Assembly (NCBI GenBank): GCA_963769025.1
Contig: CAVYKI010000012.1
Location: 416,001-480,000, forward strand
Direction: 5' to 3'
Length of the DNA: 64,000 nt
From: an uncultured Verrucomicrobiae bacterium
Lineage (GTDB): Bacteria > Verrucomicrobiota > Verrucomicrobiia > Chthoniobacterales > Chthoniobacteraceae
Positions 9,840 to 24,419 of the stretch are shown in pieces (position 1 is the first letter of the stretch; each line of letters starts with the position of its first letter). The position numbers were made by a program, and so were the translations under genes. The notes under the pieces were generated by a model. That model saw only the letters and a program-made list of their open reading frames with translations. It had not been told where the DNA came from and searched no databases.

Positions 9840-10634
9840 ATGATCCGCCCCCTCGTTTTCCTGTGCGCCCTCCTTTTTGCAAACATCGCTGCTGCGCAGG
9901 AGGCGAAGCTGCCGCCGCGGGAAAAGTTCCATCTCTTCCTGCTCGTCGGACAGTCGAACATGGCGGGGCGTGGGACGGTGGAGGCTCAGGACAAGACGCC
10001 GCATCCGCGCGTGCTCATGCTGAACAAGGCGGAGACGTGGGTGCCCGCGGTCGATCCGCTGCACTTCGACAAGGCGGCTGCGGGCGTGGGGATCGGGAAG
10101 ACGTTCGCCACGCTCTACGCGGAGGCGCATCCGGGCATCACCGTGGGGCTGATTCCGTGCGCGGTCGGCGGGTCGCCGATTGATTCCTGGAGGCCGGGCG
10201 AATTTTACAAGCCGACGAACAGTCACCCGTGGGACGATGCGATTCGCCGCGCGCACGTGGCGCAGAAATCCGGCACGCTCACCGGCATCCTGTGGCATCA
10301 GGGCGAATCGGATTCCAACGAGAAGCTCGCGCCGGGCTACGAGGCGAAGCTGCACGATCTCATCGCGCGGATGCGCAAGGAACTCGAGGTGCCCGACGCG
10401 CCGTTCATCGTCGGGCAGATGGGGAAATTCGCCGAATCGCCTTGGAATGAAGCGAAGCTGCAGGTGGACAAGGCGCATCAGGATCTGCCGAAGAAGGTGC
10501 AGCGCACGGCATTCGCCAGCGCGGAGGGGCTGAAGCATCGCGGCGACAAGGTCCACTTCGACTCGCCGTCGTTCCGCGAGTTCGGAAAACGCTACTTCGC
10601 CGCATTCCAATCGCTGGCGAAGTCGGGACAGTGA
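9840..10634 (+). CDS. Sialate O-acetylesterase / CE6-like SGNH esterase (SASA domain), secreted
   Basis: Signal peptide, LLVGQSNMAGRG, PCAVGG, LWHQGESD, DKVHFD. Confidence 0.9.
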   Translation: MIRPLVFLCALLFANIAAAQEAKLPPREKFHLFLLVGQSNMAGRGTVEAQDKTPHPRVLMLNKAETWVPAVDPLHFDKAAAGVGIGKTFATLYAEAHPGITVGLIPCAVGGSPIDSWRPGEFYKPTNSHPWDDAIRRAHVAQKSGTLTGILWHQGESDSNEKLAPGYEAKLHDLIARMRKELEVPDAPFIVGQMGKFAESPWNEAKLQVDKAHQDLPKKVQRTAFASAEGLKHRGDKVHFDSPSFREFGKRYFAAFQSLAKSGQ

Positions 10635-10769
10635 TCTCCATTTGCCCATCGCCGCAATCCAAGGACAAGAGTGTCCATCGGCGAAAAAAGCATTGCTCCT
10701 TCATCGGCGAACGCAGGGCCGCTTTTTCACGCCGATGTATGAACTTCCCCGTCGATGAGACATTTTGCG

Positions 10770-11238
10770 CGACGCTGCGGGAGGTCCGGCGGCTGGCATT
10801 GATGAAATCCATCTGGGCAAGAAGGCGAAGTTCCTCACGCTGGTCATCGATCTGGACACCGGTCGCATCCTCTGGGTGGCCAAGGGGCGCGGCGGGGATG
10901 CACTGCGCAAGTTCTGGCGGCGGCTGCGGCTGGCCAGGGCACGCGTGGAGGCGGTGGCCTGCGACATGAGTGCCGCCTACTGGAGCGCATCCTCGAACAC
11001 CTGCCAGGGGCGGCCATCGTCTTCGACCACTTCCACATCATCAAACTGGCCAATGAAGATCGACGACCTGCGGCGCGCCTCCAGCGCGAGGCCGAGGTGC
11101 TCGGCTACCAGACCTCAAAGGCTCCCGCTACCTGCTGCTCACGGCAGCGAGAAGCTCACCGAGGACAAACGCGACAGACTCGCCGAGGCCCTGCGCTTCA
11201 ACAACCGCTCTCCACCGCCTACTATCTCAAGAGCTGTC
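10770..11238 (+). mobile_element. ISL3-family transposase internal fragment (frameshifted, no ends visible)
   Basis: IDEIHLGK, TLVIDLDTGRILWV, VEAVACDMSAAY, IVFDHFHIIKLAN and TAYYLK across frames. Confidence 0.8.
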
Positions 11239-11239
11239 A

Positions 11240-11711
11240 TTACTAGAGGGTTCTGGGCTTGAGTTGGTTGGCTCTGGTTTGGGTTCCAGCCGGTGAGCCG
11301 GCAGATACGGCGTTGCGAAAGCCCGAAGCGCGAGATGACCTCATTCATGGGGAATGGCGTGCTTTGGGCTTCAGGATCCTTTTTGGAGCCACTCCTTGAG
11401 GACCATCGCGTCCAGGGCCTGATCCGCCACAAGCTTCTCGAGCTTGCGGTTCTCCTCTTCGAGCAGGCGCACCCGCCGGGTGTCGTTGACCTGCAGCCCG
11501 CCAAACTTCTGCCTCCACTCGTAATAAGGTGGCCTTGCTGATGCCGTGGCGGCGGCAGAAATCCTCAACAGCGGCGCCGGCTTGCGCTTCATTGAGAACC
11601 TAAAAGATCTGTTCTTCGATGTATCGTTGTCGTTTCATGGATCGAGGATGTTGCGCCGCTTTCACGGCACTCCCTCAACCCAGCTCCGGCCAAATCTACG
11701 GGAGAAGCTCA
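11240..11711 (-). mobile_element. IS3-family (IS407-like) remnant: left end, degenerate orfA and start of orfB
   Basis: orfA from ATG 11638: MKRQRYIEEQIF*...CRRHGISKAT / YYEWRQKFGGL...LEEENRKLEKLVADQALD, then SQRRICRL. TG-initiated terminus at 11711. In-frame stop and frameshift. Confidence 0.8.
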
Positions 11712-11777
11712 GGTGCACTCAAAAACCATTGCTTTTCGGATGACCCATACTCTTCAACGGCACTACAGATGAGAGCT

Positions 11778-11817
11778 AAAAAAAAGAGCCCGTTTCAGCT
11801 TTCGCTGAAACGGGCTC
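11778..11817 (-). terminator. Rho-independent terminator of the rRNA operon
   Basis: 14-bp stem GAGCCCGTTTCAGC / GCTGAAACGGGCTC followed by a T8 run on the minus strand. Confidence 0.92.
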
Positions 11818-11822
11818 GTAAC

Positions 11823-11938
<116 letters not shown>

Positions 11939-12125
11939 GACCGGATTTTCCGAATTAAATCCGGACCTCTAGCGATTAAAGTCCGAGCTGCCGGACATTT
12001 TCACGTCACTGTATTCCTAAAGAACGGCTGGTTCCCTGACATCTGCATACATGTAGTTTGTGCAACTTCGCACTGAGTTTTTTCAGATCGCAAGATCCTT
12101 CTTCCTCGCGAATGTGAGGAAAGAG

Positions 12126-14979
<2,854 letters not shown>

Positions 14980-15230
14980 AATCTGTTCCTCAAACGGGCT
15001 TGCGCCCGTATTGGAAATTTGTGATAACTGAATTCCCTGTGACTGCATTTGACTGCGGCCACGTCAGATATTCAGACTCAGCATTTTGAAGTTGCATTTA
15101 TTACTACCATGTATGCAGATGTCAAAGAACCAGCAAGGCCATCTAGTGCAGCCTGCTGCGGTTTGGTTTCCGGGGTCTCCCCCTTTGTCGCCAATCTCAA
15201 AAAAGTCCATTTTGCTTGCCTTCCCTAGGC

Positions 15231-15307
15231 TGGTGGGCGTGGCAGGATTCGAACCTGCGACCCTGCGCTTATCAAGCGCATGCTCTAACCAACTGAGCTA
15301 CACGCCC
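15231..15307 (-). tRNA. tRNA-Ile(GAT)
   Basis: Cloverleaf GGGCGTGTAGCTCAG...CTTGATAAG...GGTTCGAATCC...CCA. Confidence 0.97.
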
Positions 15308-15354
15308 GGATTGCAGTTCCGGCACTCCCGGATGGGAGGTGGATGCGAGCCCGT

Positions 15355-15430
15355 TGGTGGAGGTAAGGGGACTCGAACCCCTGACCTATAGCTTGCAAAG
15401 CTACCGCTCTACCAACTGAGCTATACCCCC
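15355..15430 (-). tRNA. tRNA-Ala(TGC)
   Basis: GGGGGTATAGCTCAG...CTTTGCAAG...GGTTCGAGTCC...CCA. Confidence 0.97.
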
Positions 15431-15614
15431 AATTGTGTGTGATTCGATGTCCATCTTACGCCCGCTTGTGCGGGAAGTGAAGCAAAAACTGAATTGTGCG
15501 CTGCCGTTTCAAATTGTTTGAACCATGTCTTCTTTCGTCAACGTGGGTTTCAACGCATGACCATTGCTGGTTTTAGCGTTCGACCTATGCCGCCCCGTGA
15601 GGGGCGATGCATTA

Positions 15615-17179
<1,565 letters not shown>

Positions 17180-17496
17180 AAGTTAGTGCTGAGGCAGCAA
17201 GCCCCAGCGTCTGGCCGTTTTGGCCCGCCGTTTTACGGGCAGGCCTCGGCACTTTTCTTAAAATCAAAAATTTGACGTGCAACGCACAATTCAATTTTTG
17301 CTGTATGGACTGTTTTGAGTTTGTGTCCGCCACCGCTTCCACGAGGGATGCGGCGACGGGCGACTCGAAACCAAACTGTCAAAAAACTTGCAGCGCTTGC
17401 GAGCCTGCCGGCAACCAGACTTTCGTCTGCGCCAGCCGCTCTCGCGAGCAACTGTCCCGCACCTTTCGGCGCGTCCCTTGTTTCAGCGGGAGGGAC

Positions 17497-17631
17497 ACCC
17501 TATTCAGGTCTTCGTCATCGTCAACAGCTTTTTGCAAATTTCTTTGCTCGCTGCAACTTTGCCGAAGACCGCTTTGGACGGCCTCCGCACTTGCGGGGCG
17601 GTGTAGATAGCGGGTTCGTTTTTTGGGTCAA
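17497..17631 (-). promoter_or_regulatory. Tandem sigma70-type rRNA promoters (P1/P2)
   Basis: TTGACG-16 bp-TAGGGT (17524-17497) and TTGACC-16 bp-TATCTA (17631-17604), each with an A-rich upstream tract. Confidence 0.6.
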
Positions 17632-17879
17632 CAATCTTTTTGAAAAAACTTTCGTCCCCCACAGTGAAACCCCTGCGCCACGAGTGAAAACAGCATGCCC
17701 GCAAAATTCGTTTCCCCTTGTGAGAGCACGTGCAGCACGGGACTGCCCCGCCCTCTCTTTCAGCCGATCAAGAGCGCCTCGTGCACGCCACAGATCGCTG
17801 CGGTAGCAGCGAGTGCCGACTGCGCTTACGTCGCCCTTCACTCTCGCCACGCCCGCCCATTCCCGCTACGCCAGTCGCC

Positions 17880-20128
17880 ATGACTTCCCCGCAGACCGAG
17901 GTCCTCATCACCGTGGATGGACTTGAGCAAGGGCGCTTCGTCGTCGAGCCGGGCGAATTCGTCATCGGGCGCAATGCCGACTGCCACCTCCGCGTGGACG
18001 CCGAACTCGTCTCTCGTGAGCACGCGAAGCTCATCCTCAACTACGACCACGCGCTCATCGAGGATCTCGGCTCCGCGAACGGCACCTTCGTGAACGACAA
18101 GCCGGTCACCGAGCGCACGCGGCTCTGGCCGGGCCAGAAAATCTGCATCGGCGAGGCGACCATCACGCTCCGGCGGCTTGCAAGGTGAAGCGCCCACGGA
18201 CATGTCGCTCGCCCCTGCGCAGCGGGCACGTGCGCCGGCATGCTGCCCGCGGAGATGCTGCGGGAGAAAAAGTATGACATCGGCGCAGTCGTCGCGCGCG
18301 GCGGCATGGGCGCGATCCTCGATGCGCGCGAGGCGGCCATCGAGCGCAAGGTGGCGATGAAGGTGATGCTCGACACGAACGACGCGGACGACGATCGCGC
18401 GCTTCGTCGCCGAGGCGCAGATCACCGGCCAGCTCGAGCACCCGAACATCGTGCCCGTCCACGAGCTGGGCGTGGATGAAAACGGGCAGCCTTTTTACAC
18501 GATGAAGATGGTGCGCGGCATCACGCTGAAGAAGGTGCTCGAGCTGCTCGCGCAGGGCGTCGCCGAGACGGTGAAAAAGTATCCGCTCGCCGCGCTGCTC
18601 ACCATCTTCCAAAAGGTCTGCGACGCCATCGCCTTCGCGCACAGCAAGGGCGTCATCCACCGCGACCTGAAGCCGGAGAACATCATGCTCGGCGACTTCG
18701 GCGAGGTGCTCGTCATGGATTGGGGGCTCGCGAAAGTGCTCGGATCGCCGGCGCGGATGCCGCCGCGAGCGTCGCACTCGGGCAGGACCTGCGTTCCGTC
18801 GTCCACAGCGCGCGCTCCGGCGATGCGAGCATCCGGCATCGATGACGCTCGCCGGCACGATCATGGGCACGCCGCAGTACATGACCCCCGAGCAGGCGCG
18901 CGGCGAGGTCGAGACGCTCGACGCGCGCACGGACATCTACGCGCTCGGCGCGATCCTCTACCACATCCTCGCCCTGCGCCCGCCGGTGAGCGGCACGGAC
19001 GCGATGGAGATCGTCGGCAAGGTCGGGCGCGGGGAGATCGAGCCGTTGGATTCACCGCGGCCAAGACGGCGCAGGACGCCAAGGACGCCGGGCAGCCATC
19101 GGACTCGGCTTGGCGCCTTCGCCGTCTTGGCGGTCATCTCCCCGGAGGCACGCATCCCCGAGAGCCTCGCCGCCGTGGTGAACAAGGCCATGGCCCTCGA
19201 CCCCGCGGCAGCGCTACGCCGCGCGTCGAGGACCTGCAGGCCGACGAATCCTCGCCTACCAGAACGGCTTCGCCACCGGCGCGGAACGGGCCGGCTGGGG
19301 CAAGCGCGCCCTGCTCGCCATCAAGCGCAACAAGGCCGCCTCCATCGGCGCCGCCGTCGGTGCTGCTCATCGGCGGCGGCTTCGGCACGAAGGCGTCGTC
19401 GAAGGCCGCCGGGCCGAGCGGGCGCTGACGGAATTGAAAAGCACCGCGCCGGTGTTTTTTGCTGAATCGAAGCGCCTCATGCTCGATCTGAAGTTCGACG
19501 AGGCGTTCGCCCGGCTGGATATCGCTGTCGCCCTGCAGCCGGATAACGGCGACTACCTCCTCGGACGCGCACACATGAGGCAAGGAAGCGAGCGCCTAAG
19601 CGAGGCGATTGCCGACTACGCTCGCGTTCTCCGACTGAGACCGTCCGATGATCTGGCCAAACAAAACCTCGCTCTTTCACAGCGCATTCTCGCACAAAGC
19701 GGCGGTCAGACTCCGCTCGACCCCGAGGCACGGGCCGAACTTTACGCAGCGATAAAGAAGCTAGGTCGTGAAATGGACATTCTCCCGCTGGCGCTCCTGC
19801 TCGGCAAGGAAGGCGACGCAGCAATGGAATTGCTGAATGCGCGCATCGCACCGTTGATGACGCATCCCAAGTGGAATGCTGCACGTGTGCAGCGTTTCGC
19901 CGACGGCACGCTGCAAGTGTATCTGGACGGCCTCCCGGTTCCCGACCTCTCGCCGCTCGAAGGGCTGCCCATCTCCAATCTCAATATCTCAGGTACCGGC
20001 GCAGCCGACCTTGCGCCGGCTTTCCAATCGTGGAGTCGGCTTGCTGGATTCCGACTGGGCAAAAGCTCCCACCGTAGCCGAATTCTGGCGCGCCTATGAC
20101 GCCCAACGTGCGGTTCAGCAAAAAGTAA
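17880..20128 (+). CDS. FHA domain + Ser/Thr protein kinase + TPR/LRR protein; multiple frameshifts
   Basis: FHA ([17 protein letters not shown]); kinase ([40 protein letters not shown]); TPR-like helices; LRR-like [10 protein letters not shown]. Spread over several frames, end approximate. Confidence 0.82.
19054..19134. repeat. ACCGCCAAG-family palindrome inside the kinase CDS
   Basis: ACCGCGGCCAAGACGGCGCAGGACGCCAAG ... CTTGGCGCCTTCGCCGTCTTGGCGGT, 81 bp, same family as 9685-9775. Confidence 0.75.
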
Positions 20129-20144
20129 GCCGCAACGGAAGTGG

Positions 20145-21953
20145 CTACACCGCCGCGACGGGCACTGGCTCGACCCATTTGCCGTGTTCGCGGATGAGGT
20201 CCTTCAGACGGTCCACGGCCTCGGCCTCGGGGATGTTGAACTTCACGGCCTGCTTGCCCACGTAGAGGTTCACTTTTCCCGGCGCGCCGCCGACGTAGCC
20301 GAAGTCGGCATCGGCCATTTCGCCGGGGCCGTTCACGATGCAGCCCATGATGGCGATTTTCACGCCCTTGAGGTGCAGCGTGGAGGCTTTGATTTTCGCC
20401 GTCGTGCTCTGCAGGTCGAACAGCGTGCGCCCGCAGCTCGGGCAGGCCACGTAGTCGGTCTTGAAGATGCGGGCGCCGGCGGCCTGCAGGATGTTGAAAG
20501 CGAGGCGCAGCGACTGGCCGGGCGCTTCCTCGCCCTGCACGAGGATGGCGTCGCCGATGCCGTCGCAGAGCAGCGAGCCGATGTTCACGGAGCTTTCGAG
20601 CAGCGTGTCGAGGAAGGGGCGCTGCGCGTCCTGCGAGGGCGTGAGCGTGTCTTTCAGCAAAATCGGGTGCGGAGCGGTGATCCGCGCGGCGAGGAGGCGG
20701 AAGGCGGCGATGACGGGCATCCCGAGGCCGTCCTTCACGGTGATGAGGTGCGGCTCGTCCGCGGCGTTCAGCTCGGCGATGCCCTTGGTGTCGCGCGGGT
20801 CCACCTCGATGACGCCGGAACGCTCGAAAACAAAATCGGGCTGAAAATCGCCGAGCGAACGGACCTTGTGCGCGATCTGGTCGAACTTCGCCTGGCGGAT
20901 CGCGACGCGCGGGACTTCCTCGCCGCCAATGTGGGACGGGCTTCCAGCCTGTCCATCCGCAGCCGGGACTGCGGACGGCACTTCGATGCGGGAAGTGACC
21001 CTGCGGGCGTAGCTGAACGGATCGAATGACACTGCAGGAAGATTTTCCCCGAGCGCGTCGCCGCCACGCTTCAGGCCAGCGAGCGCCTTTGCCACCGGGA
21101 TCTCGTGGACGCTGTCCTCGGTGAGCGAGACGCGGATGGTGTCGCCGACGCCGTCGTTCAGCAGCGCTGCCGATGCCGATGGCGCTCTTGATGCGGCCAT
21201 CCTCGCCGTCGCCGGCCTCGGTGACGCCGAGGTGGATGCGGGTAATTCCAATCCGGCCCCTCCTCCGCGAGCCGCGCGACGAGCAGGCGGTAGGCCTCGA
21301 TCATCACCTTCGGGTTCGACGACTTCATCGAGAAGATGAAGTCGTGGTAGTCGAGGTCGCGGGCGATGCGGACGAATTCCAGCGCGCTCTCGACCATGCC
21401 GAGCGGCGTGTCGCCGTAGCGGTTCATGATGCGGTCGCTGACAGCGAGCCGTGGTTCGTGCCGATGCGCATCGCGACGCCCGAGCTCCTTGCAAAGCTCG
21501 CACGAGCGGCGAGAAACGCTCGTGGATGCGCTCGCAGTTCGGCGGCGTACTGCTCGTCGGTGTATTCCTTGACCGCGAATTTTTTCGAGTCGGCGTAGTT
21601 GCCGGGATTGATGCGCACTTTCTCCACCCACTTCGCGGCCTCCATCGCGGCGCTCGGGCTTGAAATGGATGTCCGCGACAATCGGCACGTCGCAGCCCGC
21701 GCGCGCGCAGGCCGGCGACGATGTACTGCAGATTCGCCGCGTCCTTCACCGTCGGCGCGGTGATGCGCACGATCTCGCAGCCGACCGCGGCGAGGTCGAT
21801 CGTCTGTTTGATGGACGCCTCGGTGTCCATCGTGTCGCAGGTGATCATGGACTGCACGCGCACCGGATTGACCCCGCCGACTGCGACTTTTCCGATTTGG
21901 ACGACACGTGTTTTCCGCCGCCGGTATTCGTAGAAGGATTCGCAGTAGGTCAT
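20145..21953 (-). CDS. ispG: (E)-4-hydroxy-3-methylbut-2-enyl-diphosphate synthase (long form); internal frameshifts about 21170-21700
   Basis: [60 protein letters not shown]. Confidence 0.95.
   Translation of the reverse strand: MTYCESFYEYRRRKTRVVQIGKVAVGGVNPVRVQSMITCDTMDTEASIKQTIDLAAVGCEIVRITAPTVKDAANLQYIVAGLRARGLRRADCRGHPFQARAPRWRPRSGWRKCASIPATTPTRKNSRSRNTPTSSTPPNCERIHERFSPLVRALQGARASRCASARTTARCQRPHHEPLRRHAARHGRERAGIRPHRPRPRLPRLHLLDEVVEPEGDDRGLPPARRAARGGGAGLELPASTSASPRPATARMAASRAPSASAALLNDGVGDTIRVSLTEDSVHEIPVAKALAGLKRGGDALGENLPAVSFDPFSYARRVTSRIEVPSAVPAADGQAGSPSHIGGEEVPRVAIRQAKFDQIAHKVRSLGDFQPDFVFERSGVIEVDPRDTKGIAELNAADEPHLITVKDGLGMPVIAAFRLLAARITAPHPILLKDTLTPSQDAQRPFLDTLLESSVNIGSLLCDGIGDAILVQGEEAPGQSLRLAFNILQAAGARIFKTDYVACPSCGRTLFDLQSTTAKIKASTLHLKGVKIAIMGCIVNGPGEMADADFGYVGGAPGKVNLYVGKQAVKFNIPEAEAVDRLKDLIREHGKWVEPVPVAAV
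20931..20981. repeat. REP-like doublet in-frame within ispG
   Basis: GTGGGACGGGCTTCCAGCCTGTC hairpin plus opposed GTGCCGTCCGCAGTCCCGGCTGCGG hairpin; 51 bp = 17 codons. Confidence 0.75.
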
Positions 21954-22029
21954 GCTTTGGAAGTGCTCCGTGCCCGTCGCACAGTCAAGATTTCAGCCGC
22001 GGAATGCGGCGCACCGCACGCCGACGCGG

Positions 22030-23682
22030 CTACTTCTGCTCGGCCGCAGGGGTCGTGTAGCGGAACTTGTTGCTTCGGTCCTTGCTGCCGAAAAGATCCT
22101 GCACGTCGAAGAACGTCACAAACAGCATGAAGCCGATGATGAGCAAAGCGCACGCGGTCTGTATCCACTCGACGACCTTGAGATTCGCAGGCTTGCGGCG
22201 GATCGCCTCGATGATGGCGAGCGTGATGTGGCCGCCGTCGAGCACGGGCAGCGGGAGCATGTTGAGCAACGCGAGATTCACATTCAGCAGCACGCTGAAC
22301 CACAGCGCCATCTTCCAGCCCTCGGGCTGCTCGAAGAGCATGTAGTAAATGCGCATCATCATGACCGGGCCGCCCATGTGCTGCACGCTCACGTCGCTCT
22401 TCGAGGAAGTGACCGCCCCGAGCGTGTTCACGATGGCGCCGACGCTGAGCTTGATCTGCTCCGCGACGGGCGGGTGGCGCGTCTGGCCGCGTCCGTAGGA
22501 ATCGAAGGTGATGCCGGCCTGCTCGTCGAACGCCAGGCCGATCATCGGGCGGCGCTCGTCGGCATTGAGCGCGGGCGTCACGGAAATGGGATCGAGTTTC
22601 TTGCCGTCGCGCTCGACGACGAACTCGATGGGTTCGCTCACTTTCCCGCGGATGTGCCCGATGAGGGCGCTCGCGGAAATGAAGGACTTCCCGTCCACCG
22701 AGATGATCTTGTCCCCGCCTTTCAGCCCGGCGCGCTCGGCGGGGCCGTCCTTGATCGGCGTGCCGGTGACCAGCGTCCGCGGCTTGAATGGCAGTTCGAC
22801 CGTGCCGGTCTTGCGCTCGACGGTGAGCGTGTATTCCTGGCCGGGATGCGCCTGCGCGAAATCCCACATGCCCCCGATGCTGTAGAGCTGCTGGCCGTTG
22901 ATCTTCGCGATGAAGTCGCCCTTTTGCAGCCCGGAGTCGGCGCCCACGCCTTTCGGCGCGACGCTGTCCACCAATGGCGTGAGGCTTGGCGCGATGCCGA
23001 TCTGCCGCGTGCCGCGTCGCTCCCAGGCGTTCGTCGTGGGAATGTTCGGCTTTACGTCGAAAGGCTCCAGCAGCTTGCCATCGCGCTCGACCACGAGACG
23101 GATCGTTTCTCCCTCGCTGCGGACGACACGCCAGATGATGGCGTCGTCGCTCTGGCCCACAAAACGGCTGACTTTTTGCCCGTCGATTTCGACAATCTTG
23201 TCCCCTGCCTTCAGTCCCGCCCTTTGAGCCGGGCCCGCGGGATCCAGCGCGCCGATGTGGACGCTGCTTTCCTGCTCGCCCATCGGCCGCCCGATCTGGT
23301 GGACCAGCACCGCAAACACGATCGCCAGCAAAAAGCTGAACAGCGGCCCCGCGAAAGCGACGATGATTTTGTCGAGCGCCGAAATGGGCTTGAGCTGGTC
23401 CTTCGGAGCCTCGGTCTGCCCCTCGATGGCCTCCATCGGCGCGAGTTGCGGGAGTTTCACAAAGCCGCCCGCCGGGATGCACCCGAGGCTGTAAGTCACG
23501 CCCCCGATCTTCTTTTTCCAGATCGGCTTCCCGAACCAGATGCCGAAGCCCTCGATGTAGAGCCCGCGCCATTTTGCCGCGAGGAAGTGGCCCAGCTCGT
23601 GGACGATGATGAGCAGATTGAAAATGAGGACGACCTCGAGGAGGATGCCGATGAATTTCAGGACGGCGAAAAGTGTATCCAT
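22030..23682 (-). CDS. rseP: RIP metalloprotease RseP (M50) with multiple PDZ domains
   Basis: HELGH zinc motif, GGFVKL, AFAGP, NMLPLPVLDGG, three PDZ-like repeats. Confidence 0.95.
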   Translation of the reverse strand: MDTLFAVLKFIGILLEVVLIFNLLIIVHELGHFLAAKWRGLYIEGFGIWFGKPIWKKKIGGVTYSLGCIPAGGFVKLPQLAPMEAIEGQTEAPKDQLKPISALDKIIVAFAGPLFSFLLAIVFAVLVHQIGRPMGEQESSVHIGALDPAGPAQRAGLKAGDKIVEIDGQKVSRFVGQSDDAIIWRVVRSEGETIRLVVERDGKLLEPFDVKPNIPTTNAWERRGTRQIGIAPSLTPLVDSVAPKGVGADSGLQKGDFIAKINGQQLYSIGGMWDFAQAHPGQEYTLTVERKTGTVELPFKPRTLVTGTPIKDGPAERAGLKGGDKIISVDGKSFISASALIGHIRGKVSEPIEFVVERDGKKLDPISVTPALNADERRPMIGLAFDEQAGITFDSYGRGQTRHPPVAEQIKLSVGAIVNTLGAVTSSKSDVSVQHMGGPVMMMRIYYMLFEQPEGWKMALWFSVLLNVNLALLNMLPLPVLDGGHITLAIIEAIRRKPANLKVVEWIQTACALLIIGFMLFVTFFDVQDLFGSKDRSNKFRYTTPAAEQK

Positions 23683-23739
23683 GTGATTTGGGGTTGGGAC
23701 AGTAGGCGGCGCGGCGCGTTCAGCAACACGAACCTGCGG

Positions 23740-24142
23740 CTATCGCAGTTCCTCGAGCGAGTGCACCACGCGCAGGCCGGGGATGGCGTCGAAGTGGCGG
23801 TCGTACGTGAGCACCGCGGCGTCCGCACGGATGGCGCACGCCGCGATGATGATATCCTGCGCAGGCATGCTGTGGCCTTTCCGGGTGACCTGCCAGCCGA
23901 GTTCGCAAGCCGCGTCCCATAGCTGCGTTGTCCGTGGGCACGTTTTGCATCACGTCGAAGAAGGCGTCCACGTGTGCGCGCACTTTCGGCAGGGCGATCC
24001 CTCGGGTGACTTCCAAACGCACCATCCCGCAAGTCGCGATGTCCACCAGTTCGAGCCGCCCCATCAACTCCCGGGAGGGATCGAGGCCGCGCTTCGAAAG
24101 CGTGATGTAAATGCAGCTATCAACGAGAACGGGGCGGTCCAT
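23740..24142 (-). CDS. VapC-like PIN domain toxin; frameshift near 23930
   Basis: VLVDSCIYI, VRLEV, QDIIIAACAI, VLTYDRHF. Confidence 0.85.
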
Positions 24143-24380
24143 CAGGAGTTGGAGGCGGCGGTTCGGCCACGCACAAAGCCAACGGATCGTAATCCGGGTA
24201 AAACGCATTCGCCAATTCGTCGGGCGTGAGGCCGAGGCCGGTCTTGCCAAACTCGCGGAGCTTCCTCTTGCGCACCAATTCGCGCAGGGCAAAGTCCACG
24301 GCTTCAGTCTTGGTGACGCAGCCAAATGTTTCCATCACCTCTTCGAGGATCTTCTCGTCAATGTGCATGGTCATCTTCAT
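24120..24380 (-). CDS. VapB-like antitoxin (DUF2191 type)
   Basis: MKMTMHIDEKILEEVM...TKTEAVDFALRELVRKRK, overlapping the PIN gene start. Confidence 0.82.
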   Translation of the reverse strand: MKMTMHIDEKILEEVMETFGCVTKTEAVDFALRELVRKRKLREFGKTGLGLTPDELANAFYPDYDPLALCVAEPPPPTPDGPPRSR

Positions 24381-24419
24381 GCCATACCGTGTATGGCAAG
24401 CTCCGTGCCGCGTCAAATC

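Noticed and set aside
10640..10770. Possible IS66 C-terminal remnant (SIG.KKHCSFIG resembles GRKNWLFIG)
   Set aside because: Too short and degenerate to support without an alignment
18745..18845. Long activation-segment insert in the kinase as another palindromic insertion
   Set aside because: No convincing inverted repeat, and variable activation loops are common in such kinases
21995..22031. Hairpin AGCCGCG...CGCGGCT between rseP and ispG
   Set aside because: No U-tract and no second copy seen; cannot distinguish a terminator, a REP remnant or a chance GC stem
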